DNA of 64,000 nt from the human T2T-CHM13v2.0 reference genome, Homo sapiens: the NCBI RefSeq assembly GCF_009914755.1, contig NC_060929.1; one strand, 5' to 3'. The stretch's first letter is position 1. Every line of letters begins with the position of its first letter. The translations under genes were made by a program, and so were the position numbers. This document shows, in pieces, positions 1-12,985 of this stretch. The notes under the pieces were generated by a model that made no database searches, was not told the origin of the DNA, and saw only the letters and a program-made list of their open reading frames with translations.

Positions 1-1349
1 ATCAAATTCCTCCTAAAATGCTTAAGATGGGAGATAGGAAAGATATTGCATGCTAAGTGGACCAACTTGTCTTTAAATAAAATGAAAAACTTATCTCTCA
101 GACATGCTGAATTACATTACATACACTCCATTGCATATATTCCAGTAAAATAAATTCGTGACCAGTATTCTGTGTAAGTACAGTGATATATTCTGTAGCC
201 CAGAATTCATAATTTTACTTTAGGCAGCTTAGGTCTCTTAAAATATCTCCCGAGGGTTGAGGTCTTCATCCAGCCGGTGGCCCTATTAGGAAGTAGACTA
301 GAGGATTATAAGGCTTTATAAATCCTAATGTTGCTGGGGCTGGTAATTCACAAGTAGTAGATGCAGAAACCACAGGGAGAAGCTCAGAGTGCTGGGAGAA
401 CTGAAGACAGGAAAGTAAGAGGCTCTAGAAGCCTCCAGATTAATCTTCCCAGGAAGAAGCGGAGACACTAATGCTTGAGAAACATAAAAACAGACTACAA
501 AAAGCAGTAAGGAAAAAACCACATTATAGCTTTTACTTATTTTGTTGGACTTTTATTTTCAAATCACACAATTGTCTGAGATGATTTAATACACAATTAC
601 ATAAAAAATGAAATTAACGTGTCTTTAAAAGCATAAAAGCAACTGCTAAATAAAGCCATAACATTTTTCTCTGTGCTACCAAGGTAATGAACCATATTTT
701 TCATCTCTAACTGTGCCTCTGTGTCATGAGTATGGAATTTGGGGCAGGAGGGGGGCAGGGAAATATATACCTTCGCTACTGAGAGATCGTCTCATAGCTC
801 CCTGGGAGGTGGTTCAGAGTGCAGTGGGTTGAAGAACAAAACAGCAATACTTATGAAGAACCCTGCCACTATGACGCCAAATGCCTAAATACCCCGACAA
901 GTTGCAGGGGAAAGACAAGAGCCAATGGAGGATGGCAGAGGGTTCACATTTTGTATCTCGGTACCTGTTTGGCTGAATAAAGCTGACTTCTGAATCAAGA
1001 TGCTGTTCTGTTTTAATGTAGAAAAGTATTGTCACTGAAAACCTATACAAACCTAGGTATGCATATATGCACACATATATGGAACTCGATAGGGCCTCCT
1101 GCCTTCATCTATGTGCACACACACACAAATTATACATACACACTTGTAACCACATGTTCGTATTAGAACTTTTCCCAGTGTCTAGTAGAAATACCTCCCC
1201 TTAGTAGTCTTTTCTGTAAGGTATTCTCCAAGTTTCTGAGAAAAAAAAAATTATGGAAGCATATCTTATTTTCAAAATGATTTCACAGAGAGCCTGTTCC
1301 AACGTACTGCAAAATAAAAGTAATGATTTTACTCAAAGATTGAATAAAC

Positions 1350-1455
1350 ATAAGCATACATAGAACATCTGCCATACTCCAGAAGTGGTGCTTGTGTTGG
1401 GGATATAAATAAAACAATAGAACTTTGCTCCTGCCCTCAGGGAGACAACAGTCTG
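1350..1455 (-). mobile_element. L2 LINE 3' fragment
   Basis: ttggggatata...ctcctgccctcagggagacaacagtct resembles the antisense L2 3' end; boundaries approximate. Confidence 0.55.
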
Positions 1456-1468
1456 ACAATAATAATAG

Positions 1469-1799
<331 letters not shown>

Positions 1800-2511
1800 T
1801 GCCATTTCTTAAATAATATCTAATACAAGTTACTAGTGCACTGATATATGCCTAAAGAATACATCACTAGATGAAATAATGCAATGTAATGATTTTTTTT
1901 TCTCTGTTACTCAACTACTGCATGGCATTTGGTTGAGGAACCTGTACAGATTGGAGGTGACAACCCCATCACTACATGCTTGCTCTGGAAAGATGAGCTT
2001 TAATCGGAGGACCAAATCTGTGTTCCATGGACACTTGTTTATATTTTCTATGATATAAAATGGGTAGGGAGAAAAAAATCAAGTGAGCAATTATGTTTCA
2101 CATCTAGGCTTAATTAAGGTTTTATGTAAAAGTACAGCAAAAATGTACATATGTACATACATAAATATCAAGAGATTGTTTGTTGTCCTATCTCAGTGGG
2201 GGAACAGAATAACATGTGAGATGGATTAGACTTCTGATAGGCGGATCTGAAGGCATCTTGTTTTACATAATGGTGCGGTATAGTGGTCTGTGGAGATTTT
2301 CTTTGAGGACGCAGGCCATAATCTAGTCCAATTCTAGTTATCTTTGGTTTGGGGCCTGGGTATTTGTGTCACTTTAGGGAGTTGTCTGACAATTTTGGTT
2401 ATCCAGGATGATATCTGAATTTGCACAATCATCAGGGAAATTATCTGTGGGAAGAGGAAGCACTGGAGACAACAAAAGGCCTTTAATCTAAACCAGAACT
2501 AGATAGATTTG

Positions 2512-2745
2512 CATGTGTGTGTGTGTATATGAGTGAGTATGTGCCCGTATGTGTTTTCTTGTGCATTTGTTTACATGTATTTGTGTGTGTATGCTTGTAT
2601 ATGTATGTTTGTATTTATGTGTTTATATATATGTGTTTTTGTGTGTGTCTTTTATATGCATGTTTATGTTTATGCACATGCTACGTGTGTGTTTAGTGTA
2701 TATGTGTATTTGTTAGTGAACTTTCTGTGTATGAATGTGGTCTGA
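2512..2745. repeat. Degenerate TG/TA-rich low-complexity repeat
   Basis: About 230 bp of gtgt/atgt/tatg units. Confidence 0.85.
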
Positions 2746-3239
2746 TGTCTTTTCAGCCAGCTCTCAAAGGTTTCTGGGTTTGGGTTTTTGGTCTTTCATT
2801 GTAATTAACTAATGGAATATCTACTTTCACTAATTAATTCAATTCTGTTAAATCTTTTGGCTGGTTAAGTATCAAATAAAGAGCTATGTTAAATGTAAAA
2901 ATGTGAGACAAAAGCTCAGGATCATTTCCTAGTATTGTCATTCTTGCAAACTTCAGGTGGAATACTGCTCCCAAGTCTGGGTTGCCAATTTTGAGTTCAA
3001 TCTTTTTCTTTCTGTATTTATTTTGTCAGTATATAATGCAAAATTTAAAGGAATGTTTCTTGCTTTCTCACAAATTGTTAACCTCATATTTTCTGGTCAT
3101 AGAAGGTATAATTTATAAAATTATTGTAAAAAATGTTTTGAAAAATAGAGAAAATGGAGATTACCTGAAACCCCACAGTATCCTCAGGTAATATTTGAAC
3201 AGGTAGATAGAATTGCACCCACATCAATAAGAACTGAGT

Positions 3240-4937
3240 ATTAGATCACATAACACTCTTTCTCCTGCTCTAATATGTCTCTCCAGGAATTCTACTGTTT
3301 CTCTCCTTCATCATAAATTATTCTGTCTTTCTTGGATCTTAACTGTAAGCATAGTGTGTACTGCTCTATTGCATATTATTTTTTAAAAAATCGATTCTTG
3401 ATCCCACTTTCTCTGCTAAAAATGACCCTAACTCTTCCCTTTTCTTTATAGAACAATGTCTTGAAATCATTGTCTACATTCACTGTCTCTTGAAACACAC
3501 TCCAGTAAAGCTTTAGAACCCACCCTTCCACCATTCCACCAAAAAGACTTTATCAAGGTTATTAATTACTCCCATATTGCTAAATCCAATTGCCTATTCT
3601 TAGTCTCATCTTACTGGACCTATAAGCAGCATTTGACCCAGCCAATCACTCCCTCCTTCTTGAAATATTTCATTCCCTGGCCTTCCAGGATGGTTTTGCT
3701 CGTGACTCATTAACTACTGTTCTTCAGTCTCCTTTGCTATTTCTTTTCTTGTCTTTGACCTCTTAGTGCTGGAGCTCACCAAGTCTCACTCTTCAGACAC
3801 TTCACTCTATGAAATCCTGCACCCCGCCCCCTTCTACCCCCACCACATCCAAAGTGATCTCATCCAGTTTATAGTTCTATTTTTATGAGACTCAACTTTA
3901 CATGAGATTTCCCTGATCTCCAGACTTAAATATTCAGCTGCTTACTTAGTATGTCCAGTTGGAAGTCTAATAAATATCCCAACCTTGACATGTCCAAAAT
4001 GGAATTCCTGGTCTTACCTCTCAAGTGGTCCTAGCTATAGCCTTCCCAATCTCAGTTAATGGTTACTTCATCCTTCATTTTGTCAGGTCAAATTCTTAGA
4101 GTGGTCCTTGATTTGTGCCCTGTCTGCCTGCCACCACTTCATATCCAATTCTCTCCGTTATTATGTTTTAGAAATATTTCAGTAACCTAACTACTGCTGC
4201 CACGTCCACTGCTCTAACTCTGGTCGAAGCCACCACCATCACTCCCCCTGGGTCATCGCATTGGCTTTCTTAGCAGGTTGTCCTACTTTGATTCTTGCCC
4301 TTACAATCTTTGTTCTTAAAAATGGCAGCCAGAACAATCCTTTTAAAAGATAAATCAAACCATGTTGACCTTTATTTCAAATCCTTGCAATGGCACTCTG
4401 TTGCACTCAAAGTAAGGGTCTAATGCCTTACAATGACCTATGCAATCTGGCTCTACTGACCTTTCACTCTTCTTTCCCATTCCTTCTGTGATGTAGTATA
4501 CTGGCCCCCTTGCTGGTTCTAGACATCCCCAGGCATGTCATCATCTCCAATCCTATGTTACTTTCTGTTCTCTCTTTCTGGATTACTCACTCCCCAGAAA
4601 GCCACAAGGTTCACTCCCACACTATCTTCAGACCTCTGCTCAAGAATCACTTTGTCAGGGAGTGTTTCTGACCAACATATTTACAATGGCAACACTGCCC
4701 TTCAGCATTCTCTCCCTCCCTATCTCCTGCCTTGCTTTATTTATTTATTTATATTTGATGTCACTTAGCACCTTCTAAGATACTCTACAGTATGCTAGTT
4801 TACTGCTGTAATTTTATTCTAGACTATATGCTTCATTAAGGCTGGGATTTTTATGCATTTTGTTCACTGATGTCTATATCCTCAGTGCTAAGCACAGTAT
4901 GTACTGGATATACATGCTTTTCGTAAGTGAATGAATA
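3240..4937 (+). mobile_element. Long L2 (L2a-like) fragment with decayed reverse transcriptase and 3' tail
   Basis: 3611-3661 translates LLDL*AAFDPANHSLLL (non-LTR RT motif LDLSAAFDTVDH with an in-frame stop); pyrimidine-rich L2 3' region; ends in taagtgaatgaataa. Confidence 0.85.
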
Positions 4938-5029
4938 ATATGATTGCCATTATACTATATATGTTATGTTGACATGATTTTTACAACTTAGTAATACCTG
5001 AGAAAGTTCTTATTTTGTTAGGTATCTGA

Positions 5030-5570
5030 CCTCTGATAGCATGATTGTTTCTGGTACAATAATATTCCATTTCAATAATATTAATATTCCATAATTTATT
5101 AGCTCCCTATTACTGGATATGTACATAACTTCAATTATTAACTAATATAAAGACTACTACCTACATAAATATCCACCTACATAAATATTTGTACAACCTT
5201 CAGATTATTATCTTAGCATTACTTTTCTGCAAGAGGTAAATTTGAACCAAAGCATATGCTGATTCTACAGATTTAGATATATATTCCCAAATTAACCTCT
5301 GGAGAGTTAGCATTCATTTTCTCAACCACCGCAGTTACAAAAGTACCCTTTTCCCAGCACACTGAGCCACACTTTATATTGTTATTAAATTCTTGTCAAC
5401 TTGATCCACACAATGCATATAATAAGTTTTTTTAAATAAACTTTTTATTTCAAAATAACTTTAGATTTATAAAAATTGCAAAGACAGAAGAGTCTTCCTT
5501 ATTTTTAACATCTTATATAATCTTTGTACATTTCTCAAAACAGAGATATTAATATCAATATGTTACTACT
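5030..5570 (-). mobile_element. Old L1M fragments (L1ME/L1MC-like), including a 3' end near 5428
   Basis: ttttttaaataaactttttatttcaaaataactttagatttata...ttgcaaaga is typical of an antisense L1M 3' end; upstream part is degenerate. Confidence 0.55.
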
Positions 5571-5944
5571 AACTCCATCTAATAATGTTTTGATTTGCCG
5601 TTTTTCTTAGTTGAATATCTCTCTCCTCATTTGTCATTTGCATGTCTTCTTTCATGAGATGCGCTTGTATATTGCATTCCAGGATTTTTATTGTATAATG
5701 CATTTTTGATGAATTAATATAGTCTGTTTTATATATGGTACACAGATCTCTGGAAGGAAGCAATAATTTATACCCACATGTCTTAAAATATCTCTCATAT
5801 TATTGATAATTTTTCTAAAATTAGTAGACATTATGCCACAAAATAATTGCATTATCATAAATATTTGAGTTAACATTGATATAGAAAACAGGACAAACAT
5901 GACTTTTTAACCAAGATTAATTAAATTCAAGTTATTTATTGATT

Positions 5945-6382
5945 TATTAGTTAAGCCTCTCTACTGCAAGTGACAAAAAGTCTAACTCAACTTCCTTAAC
6001 TGTCAATGGTAATGAATTAATGTGATGGGATAAGTCCCAAGGTAAGGTAGTTAAGTTCAGGAATCCAAAGTTGTCCTTAAGCTTTGACAACTCTACGTTT
6101 CTCAGCTCTGTATGTTGACTTCATTTATCAGAATCTTCAGGATGGTAAAAACAGCTTCTAGTAAAAATCGCATGGGTCATGTATTTGTCTAGGAATCAAT
6201 CACAGTGACACAAGGAATAAGCTATGATGATTGGCCTTTTCCAGAGGCAAGTGTCCACTCTCTCAGACAGATGGAATCTCATGTACTGAGACTGGTAGAA
6301 AGTATATCTCTGAATTAAAATTGTGAACCATTACTGGAGTAAGTTAGGCACACGATGGAGGCAAACAATAAATATCTAGTAT
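5945..6382 (-). mobile_element. Old MaLR LTR (MLT1J/K/L-like)
   Basis: ttagttaagcctctctactgcaagtgacaaaaagtctaactcaacttccttaa resembles the antisense terminus of old MLT1 LTRs; later aatcaatcacagtg...tgatgattggcc. Confidence 0.55.
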
Positions 6383-7384
6383 TGTTAGATTTCACACATG
6401 ATTGTTAAGAAATCCATTTTAATGTCGTATGAAGCCATACAGTATTCCACAACTGATCTGAGCACTGCTTCCAATTACCTGTGAAATAAATAGAATAAAT
6501 CTTTTTACCTTATTTTTTCCTATGGGGAAGTCAGCCCTATGATATCCAGTTAATTGGTGCTAAAAGCTTGTTCTTAACTTTATTCACTGATCATTCTTTC
6601 CATCTGTAACAGAAAATTTAACACTCAACATCAGTTTTTATAGTGATCCACCAGCCACTATGCCAATTATTAATGCCCTTTGTTCAAATGTTCTAATGAC
6701 CCACTGTCCACAGTACATTTCACAAACACATTGGAAAATTTTTGAGGCTTTCACCAAAAGGTTGTCCGCTGTTACCCAATGAACTATTGCTTAGATCTCC
6801 TACTGTGAATCTTCTGGTCTTTCTTTTGTTTTGCTATATACCTACACTGTTGTCAAGGATACCCAGCTCTCCACTCTCTTGTTTGAACAGTCCACAAGGT
6901 GTTCTATTAAAAGTCCCAATTAAATGTGTACAGCCATTCACCTGTACATTCATCCCTTTACTCCCTTGCCCACCCACATACAACCAACTACGTGATCTAA
7001 AAAATACCAACAGGTCAAAAGTCACCAAGCGAATGAACAAAATACTTGGAATCTCTAGGTGTCACATAATAGCCATGGCAATATTATCTCGGATAATTGC
7101 TGCCCTAACAAAGCAGAATAAACTCAGATTGAAAAGATGTAAATAAAAGGAGAGCAATGGAAAGAGGAACGCTTTTTCAATTTTATAACTATTGCATTAT
7201 TAGTATTTTAAAGGTTAAAAGAGTTTCTTCAATGTAAAACTTATTGCTCTATGTTGAGCAAGAGAGAAGTTGTTGAGATAAGCAGAAAAGCATTTATATC
7301 ATATAAAGTTATAGAAATAGTTGGAATTTAAATTACATTACATACTTAGTAAATGTCTGTTTTTATAGAGGTACTTCTTAATTT

Positions 7385-7650
7385 ATGAGGCAGTATAGGG
7401 TAGTGGTTAAGGGCACAGGCTTTGGACTAAGAGAGATATTATCATTCTCATCATTCCTGCTTGCTACTTGAATGTCCTTGAGGAGGGCATAACCCTATTT
7501 GGGACTCAGTTTCATGGTCTATACAATGACATTATTAAAATTATTAATAATAGCACCTATGCCATGGCATCTGGCAAGGATACAATAAGATAATGCATGC
7601 GATGGGCTGAGTACAGACTTTCCACGAAGAATCAATGGATGTTAGCATTC
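7385..7650 (+). mobile_element. MIR SINE
   Basis: gaggcagtatagggtagtggttaagggcacaggctttggact head; core ctcagtttcatggtctatacaatg; aataatagcacctat...gataatgcatg. Confidence 0.85.
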
Positions 7651-7720
7651 ATTAAATAATACACAATGTTATTAAGGAGGTTGTGAGCAAACAATTTCTT
7701 TTATATTTAGGCTTCTGTAG

Positions 7721-7785
7721 TTTTATAGAATTTATATGGCTATTTTATAGAATTTACATGGCTATTTATAAAATTTATATGGCAA
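7721..7785. repeat. 22-bp tandem repeat, 3 copies
   Basis: ttttatagaatttatatggcta / ttttatagaatttacatggcta / tttataaaatttatatggcaa. Confidence 0.9.
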
Positions 7786-8313
7786 TTTTTAATACTTTGT
7801 ACAATGCTTTACATATTTCCATTGTGCTATGCCTGGTGCCATGCAAGAGTAAAACAAAAAGGCATTCAAAAAACCTGGGGACACAACCTATAGAAGAGCA
7901 GGCTCAATGGTGACATGGTGGTGGCCAATGTGAGGAAGAGGTTACATGTATCTTGTGCCATGATAGGGAATAGAAATAGATGTGTGAATGGAATGTTCAG
8001 GAAGGCAGATTTTGATTGATTATAAAAAGGAATGGCTCACCCTGAAATTCAGAACCAGTCTACAATGCTAAGGTATACTGCTGGACAAAATCAGCTACTT
8101 TAAGGATTTCCAAGCAGAACCTTGGCAAAATCTCAGCCAGGAAATCATAGAGGAGATGCATTTGAAGAATAGAGTTTGAGCATGGATTAGGTAAGGTAAT
8201 TGTTAGGAACCCTTCCTGCTGTGGGATTCTGTGATTCTTATTCATAAATAAAAGTTAGATTTTTTTACCCTGATAGGTTCATATTCATTGAATCATTCAT
8301 TCAAGAAACCTTT

Positions 8314-8473
8314 GGTGGCCCACACGTGTAATCCAGCACTTTAGAAGGCCAAAGCAGAAGGATTCCTTGAGCCCAGGAGTTCAAGGATGCGGTAAGCTAT
8401 GATCTTGCCACTGTACTCCAGCCTGGGTGAGAGAGTAAGACCCTGTCTCTAAAAAGAAAAGAAAAAAAAGAAC
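8314..8473 (+). mobile_element. Free Alu monomer (FRAM-like)
   Basis: Single monomer with ttgagcccaggagttcaaggatgcggtaagctatgat...ctccagcctgggtg and an A-rich tail; TSD agaaaccttt at 8304-8313 and 8474-8483. Confidence 0.85.
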
Positions 8474-8519
8474 AGAAACCTTTATTGGCACAATGAGAAA
8501 CACCATCAGGCCATATTTA

Positions 8520-8765
8520 TTATGAGCATGGACCATGGAGCTTAATATGCCTGAGTTCATCCCTGGCCTTAGCATTTAATTTATTGTGATGTTATGCAAA
8601 TGACTAAATTTCTCTGAAGGCTTCATTGATTCATATAAAAATGGAAGTAGTCATAGTTTTGGCTCATAGAATTTTTGTGGGTATCAAATAAAACATAGAA
8701 TTGAATAACCATAGCCCCATTATTGGCATCAAGTAAGCACTCAATAAATATTTGCTATGATTACT
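8520..8765 (+). mobile_element. MIR SINE
   Basis: gcctgagttcatccctggc...ataaaaatggaagtagtcatag...taagcactcaataaatatttgctat. Confidence 0.75.
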
Positions 8766-8779
8766 ATTAACAGTGAATG

Positions 8780-9750
8780 AATGAAAGTACTGAGATATGG
8801 AGGATTGAAGGTGAATTACATGATATCTTAGTTCATAAGAATTTAGTCAGTGAGAAAGTACTGAACATCCGTATCTAGAATCCAAGGTAGGAGATAATAT
8901 ATACACACGTTTCTGTAGGGGTCCACTCATTTATTCGGCATATATGTTCATATATCTATAACAGGAAAGAAGGAGTATTTGGCTTCAGGGAGTTGACGTG
9001 ATGTTGTGTTGGAAAAAGGAATGGCAAACAAACACATAAACAATATAAAATAGGGTGGTAGGCATAAAGAGTGGCATGGGTGTAGCATGTGCGGTCAGGA
9101 CCCACCTGGCTAAGGGGATGATATGATCGTATACTTGGGTGATGAAAAGAAATTTAGAGGGAGGAAAGACAATTTCCAGATGGAATCATTAAGGTAGCCC
9201 TCATGGGGAAAAATAATATTAGAGTTGATTCTTGAAGGATGGGTAGAATTTAATGATCCATCCGTTACTCAATTCACTTAGCTAGTACTTAAGGAGTATG
9301 TGACAGCCAGTGGAAACAGTACTGGAAATGCAAGAGAGCATTCTCATGTGGAACTTCAGATGGAGAACACAAGATGACCGCTATCACCATCAAATGGAAG
9401 ACAGCAACAATAGTAACAAAGATAATAAGCACACTTCTTGCAGAAGATATAACAATTAACTGATAGAAGAAAAGGTGTAAAAAAAAACTTACCTAAAGGG
9501 TTGAAAGGTTTAAAATTTCTAGCTTGAGGACAAAGAACTTTGTCAGTAGACAATAGGGAGTTGCTAAAAGGTCTTTTGAGCAAGGAGGTAATATAATCAA
9601 ATGTTTAAAAAGTCAACCCAAGGGCAGTTAGAAAACTGTTTCAATACTTATGCGTGATATTATAGAATTGCTTGCTCATTCGTCCATTCACTCATTCATT
9701 CATTCGACAATCACTGATCCTATGTGTCCAGTCCAATGCAAGAAGATTAG
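8780..9750 (-). mobile_element. Several degenerate L2 fragments
   Basis: Purine-rich antisense L2-like tracts (gagttgattcttgaaggatgggtagaattt; ggtcttttgagcaaggaggtaatataatcaaat) and cattcactcattcattcattc tail. Confidence 0.5.
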
Positions 9751-10529
9751 TAGGAGAAATAGGAAAAAAAGAGTTACATATACAATCAAGTATGAAACAA
9801 ACATGTTTGAAGCCACCACATGAAAAGGACTATAATTTCAAGTGAAGTAAAAGTTTAAAGAAATAGCTGTAAATGTGTTTTCTCTATCCTTTGTTAGAAA
9901 AATAGAATATTCTTTTTAAAAATCCAATTATGCCATTTTTCTAACTGTCTACCTTAGTCTGTTATGAGCAAGACTTGAAGTTGGACTGAACAGATGACCC
10001 CAGATAAAAACACTAGGATAAGAAAAACCTAATATATTCAACCAACTGCAATAATTCATATTTTTAAGATTTCATTTAGACTATTATGAATAATTTTAAT
10101 ATACGGCCTCTAAAATTTATGAACTGTAGTTAGATGGCATTTTCAATTCACAAAGGCAAATGAATGTATTTAGATGATATACAATCTTTCTAATGGTGGA
10201 ACTTTTTAATATAAAGTTTTTATTGTAATAATTTAAAATGAACACCACACACATTTGTGGAGAAGGCCTCAAGATCAAAATTTGCAAATGCCACCATCGG
10301 TTTTGTAACCTAATGCAAACTTGTAGTTAAATAAACTAGTAAGAAATCATACTGTTTCCTTTTAAGACCCAAAGTAATGTAAAGTTCCTTTAATGTTTTT
10401 TTTGTTTTGTTTTTTGTTTTTTTTTTTGCATATTGAGACTATAGACAACCAGAATTAATACAAACATGGACACAAATTTGGCAACAGCAAAATGGGAATT
10501 ATGCTTGAAAATTCTTTGGGGCTGTTTCC

Positions 10530-10925
10530 TCAGCCTACAGTGGCAACCCCTTCTTCAACATAGTCTCCAGTCAAAAGATCACAAGGGTTGAACAAGAGTA
10601 GTGAGGTGTCTTTTATGACCCAACCTCCAGCCCAGCCATGAATAATTACAGCAGGAGCAAGATACATGATCCAAGCTGGATTTTGCAAATTCTAGCAGAT
10701 TTTCTTCTGCAAATGTGGGTAATGGGCATTGGGAAATAATGCATATTAAGGAAGTGCCGAATAATTGCTGGCAATATACTATAGTGGTGTCTTGATTTCT
10801 GTGATTTCTGAGATCCGGATTGTTCTTCTCTTGTGTGGATTTTTTTAGAGGACCAGTATCTCTGCAGTAAAATTTGTCTTGTTCAGGTTAATTTTAATTA
10901 GCGTTCATGGTGTGCTACCTAAAAA
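10530..10925 (+). mobile_element. Possible old ERVL LTR (LTR33/LTR16-like)
   Basis: Weak resemblance: cccagccatgaataatt...catgatccaagctgg and 3' gtaaaatttgtcttgttcaggttaatt. Confidence 0.3.
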
Positions 10926-12689
10926 CAAAAGAAAACAAAAAGACTTTAATCTGAACAGTCATTTTACAATTGCAGTCAATAAAGGTTTAAATGTTTTAAA
11001 TTACTCTAACATTATATAGTCAGTATAAAATATTTTGCAGCTCAAGAAATTATGTCATTGGTTAAAAACTGATTCTCATGACTTTGAAGCCACACTTAAT
11101 TTTATGGTGATTTTAAGATGTTGCAAAGTATTACAGATTCTCTCATGCTTTCCTCTACCATATACAAAACCAGAATGAAGAAAATTCCTAGTGCAAGCAA
11201 AGGAAAGGCAGCCACAAATATATATGATCTTGAACTCTAAATCAATTGGAATAGATTTTAAAACAGAACTAGGACAATCCTTTTAGAAATGAAGTTAGGG
11301 CAGAAAATGGTACTTCCAGGGTAGTGTTGTAATTTGGATGTGATTCATTTCAGTCCATTGCTTGAATTATTCGCAAAATTTTCCTTCCTCATTTAGTTCC
11401 CTGAACTTTTCAAGGATATGTTTATCAGCAGCAGGAAGAAATGCCTGGTAGCTTTAGAAGATTGCCCTGTCTCTTTGCATTACTTCTTTCAACTCTGATG
11501 TTTACTTCGATTTTTAAAATGACACTGAGAGGATCTGTAGGTTCGGATGGATTTTGTTAAGAGAAACTCAATGTCACAGAGACTAAAACTCCTCCTGAAC
11601 AACAACAATCAGTTAGTAATCCTTTTCTCTTTCTCCATTACATGTCCTCCTTTTATTTGTTGTTGTTTCTTGCTTTAGTGGTACATATTAAAAATTAATG
11701 GCTGTTACATGATTTTAGAAGGGTATCCACTTTTCTTTTATTAGCAGGTGTAATTCATGAAAAGTATACTGCAGAAACCTCCATTACAATGCCGCTTTCT
11801 GATAGAATTCAATTGAGAGATGTTATTGCTATTTATTAATTGCTCGGTCTGCACTGTCATGGTTGATGATGTTAGCACAGACCCTCCATTGAGTTACATT
11901 CTTGTATTCAATTAGGGATGTGTATTATTGTACATGTTAACACTGTAGAACCGGGGATGCTAGCCATCTGTAGATTTGATTTTTTTTCCCTTCATAGTCC
12001 TCAAAAATGGAGCATTTTACATCAGCACTGCTAGAGAGACTTACAAAATAAAATAAGCACATAAGCACATCAGTTGCAGGTTTAAAAACAAGGACAGTGT
12101 AAAATTTAAATTTGAAGATTCTATCAAAAGTATTTGCATAATTAGAATCACTAGACATTTTCATTTTAATCATTCTAGGTGGTCGCATATCTGAAGAAGA
12201 GTAAGATCAGAAATGGTACTGGTTTATCCTGTCAGAATGTTTTTCTCTGGCTAAATGGAGGACCATGTTATGATATTAAAAGATCAGAGTGACTAAGATA
12301 ATAAAACCAAGTGTGCTAAAACTTCCCCAGGTGAAGAAGATGCGTGAATTGCAAACCAGTCCTAACAGGACATTTAGGAGGGGAAGAATGCTACCTGCTC
12401 CTCACTTTCTTCCCTCCTGGTACCAAATAACTGCTGATACTTCCAATATAGAGCAACTTTTCAGAATAAAGAAACAGAACAGGAAAGCTAGCTGGCTGGC
12501 AGCAGCGTTTAATTTCTCAGACTCTTTTCATGAATTATTCTAAAAAGATGTTCTCTGACAACATAGATCCTTTCTAAGGTACCTCAATAATGCATTGCCG
12601 TGGCAGCGCAATCATTTACCTTTGATGACTCGACATTCACCCTGGTCAGTTTTGTCACTTAATGTCAATGTGGATTGAAGATCTGCTTT

Positions 12690-12985
12690 TGAACAATCAT
12701 GACCTTCTGTTTGAAAACAGGAGGCATACACCCCATTGCTCTGGCCAAATTCCAGGTTAGGTAATAACATTCTGTTACCTAAAGACCCCCCGCAGTTTCA
12801 ATTAGAAAAAATCGTTGTGCCTTACTCCTCTACCTGTGGAGCTATATAAGGGTAGGTATCGCACTGCTAAACAGCAAACTTGTTTCACCCCAGAAGGAAC
12901 TGCCCTTTATCATCATCCTTAATTAATATTTATTGGGTACCCATAGGGTGAATGACTTGGGAAAAGGCGACTTAGTAATTAAATG
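12690..12985 (+). mobile_element. AmnSINE1-like fossil (Deu domain and 3' tail)
   Basis: Colinear blocks resembling the recalled AmnSINE1 consensus: ctggccaaattcca, ggtaataacattctg, tacctaaa, cccccgcagtttcaatt, gcactgctaaacagc, ttcaccccagaagg..ctgc, and tail-like gaaaaggcg. Confidence 0.75.

Noticed and set aside
5159-5188. acctacataaatat duplicated with a 16-bp period
   Set aside because: Ordinary slippage duplication inside an old L1 fragment
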